A DNA stretch of 61,325 nt, filler included, from Perkinsus olseni (Eukaryota), in assembly GCA_013115125.1 (NCBI GenBank). It is 7 parts of 7 records of this genome, joined end to end, with 100 filler letters (N's around TTAATTAATTAA, not from the genome) between each part and the next. Parts side by side here need not be neighbours in the genome. Positions count along the whole stretch, not along the records: positions 52,706 to 61,325 come from JABANN010000957.1; 6 more parts are not named here. One strand, written 5' to 3'. A program made the translations under genes and the position numbers. Positions 60,808 through 61,325 of the stretch are shown here, one piece after another. The number at the start of each line of letters is the position of its first letter. The stretch's first letter is position 1. Below the pieces are notes generated by a model. The model worked only from the letters and a program-made list of their open reading frames with translations, was not told where the DNA came from and ran no database searches.

Positions 60808-61325
60808 GAAGGCAATCAATTCTCACCGATACGATCAGCCACTGATAAGATGAAAACATGATGATGATGATATGAGCATGATTGTATAAGCATGAGTATT
60901 TGAAGTAACACTATGTACTCAGGGTCGATCCGGAGACAATGTCTCATGTCAGTTAGCGTGCCGAGTGGGCCTGCCGGTATCAGCACAAAAGCCGTACCTC
61001 CCCATGAATCAGAGACTCTATCATCATACTACTGGGCAGCGATGAGTTCCCGATATCCCTCCGCTGTTGTTCACACAGCCGAGTGTTACAAGCGAATGAA
61101 CATGATAAATTATCATCGTGTAATTGCGTTCTGAGTAGGTAACCCCGCCTTTGATTCTACACTAATCACCAGTGTCAAGTCCTGTTACTTTCGATCCACG
61201 TAAATGACCTCAATTAACGCAAAGGATGTTGTCATTAGCAGAAAGAATTATAACGTCATCACGGTTCTAGTTGAAGAGACTCTAACGATGTTTAGATTCT
61301 CTCGAGGGGTGTAATATCGAGGATA

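Overview
Eukaryotic, intron-rich genomic DNA, most likely from a Perkinsus-like alveolate parasite. This is an inference from the ~45-nt introns, frequent GC-AG donors, an alveolate-type Rab1A and many signal-peptide orphan proteins. The window is not one locus: it is seven ~8.6-8.7 kb contigs joined by artificial 100-nt linkers (N-runs containing TTAATTAATTAA) in decreasing size order, so adjacency across gaps means nothing. Recognisable genes are two convergent ADP/ATP carriers, a 14-3-3, a DNAAF5/HEATR2-like HEAT protein, a POT/PTR peptide transporter, a SUC/SLC45-type sugar transporter, a bacterial-type ThrH phosphoserine phosphatase with two spliceosomal introns, an Smr-domain protein, NTF2, a DHHC palmitoyltransferase, Rab1A, a WW-domain protein and a secreted Cys-rich repeat protein. 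The most notable observations are: (1) two intact tRNA genes (Arg-CCT, Ala-TGC), each antisense inside an enlarged intron of a protein gene and lacking a nearby oligo-T terminator; (2) the intron-bearing ThrH; (3) a 35-bp-stem palindrome translated in frame inside a secreted-protein CDS; (4) a tRNA-Glu-derived sequence next to a perfect 57-nt palindrome; (5) a hairpin-rich long Rab1A intron; (6) a TA-flanked Tc1/mariner/pogo-type element with 176-bp TIRs, plus MITEs and hairpin-forming minisatellites. Exon boundaries were read by eye, and no database searches were run.
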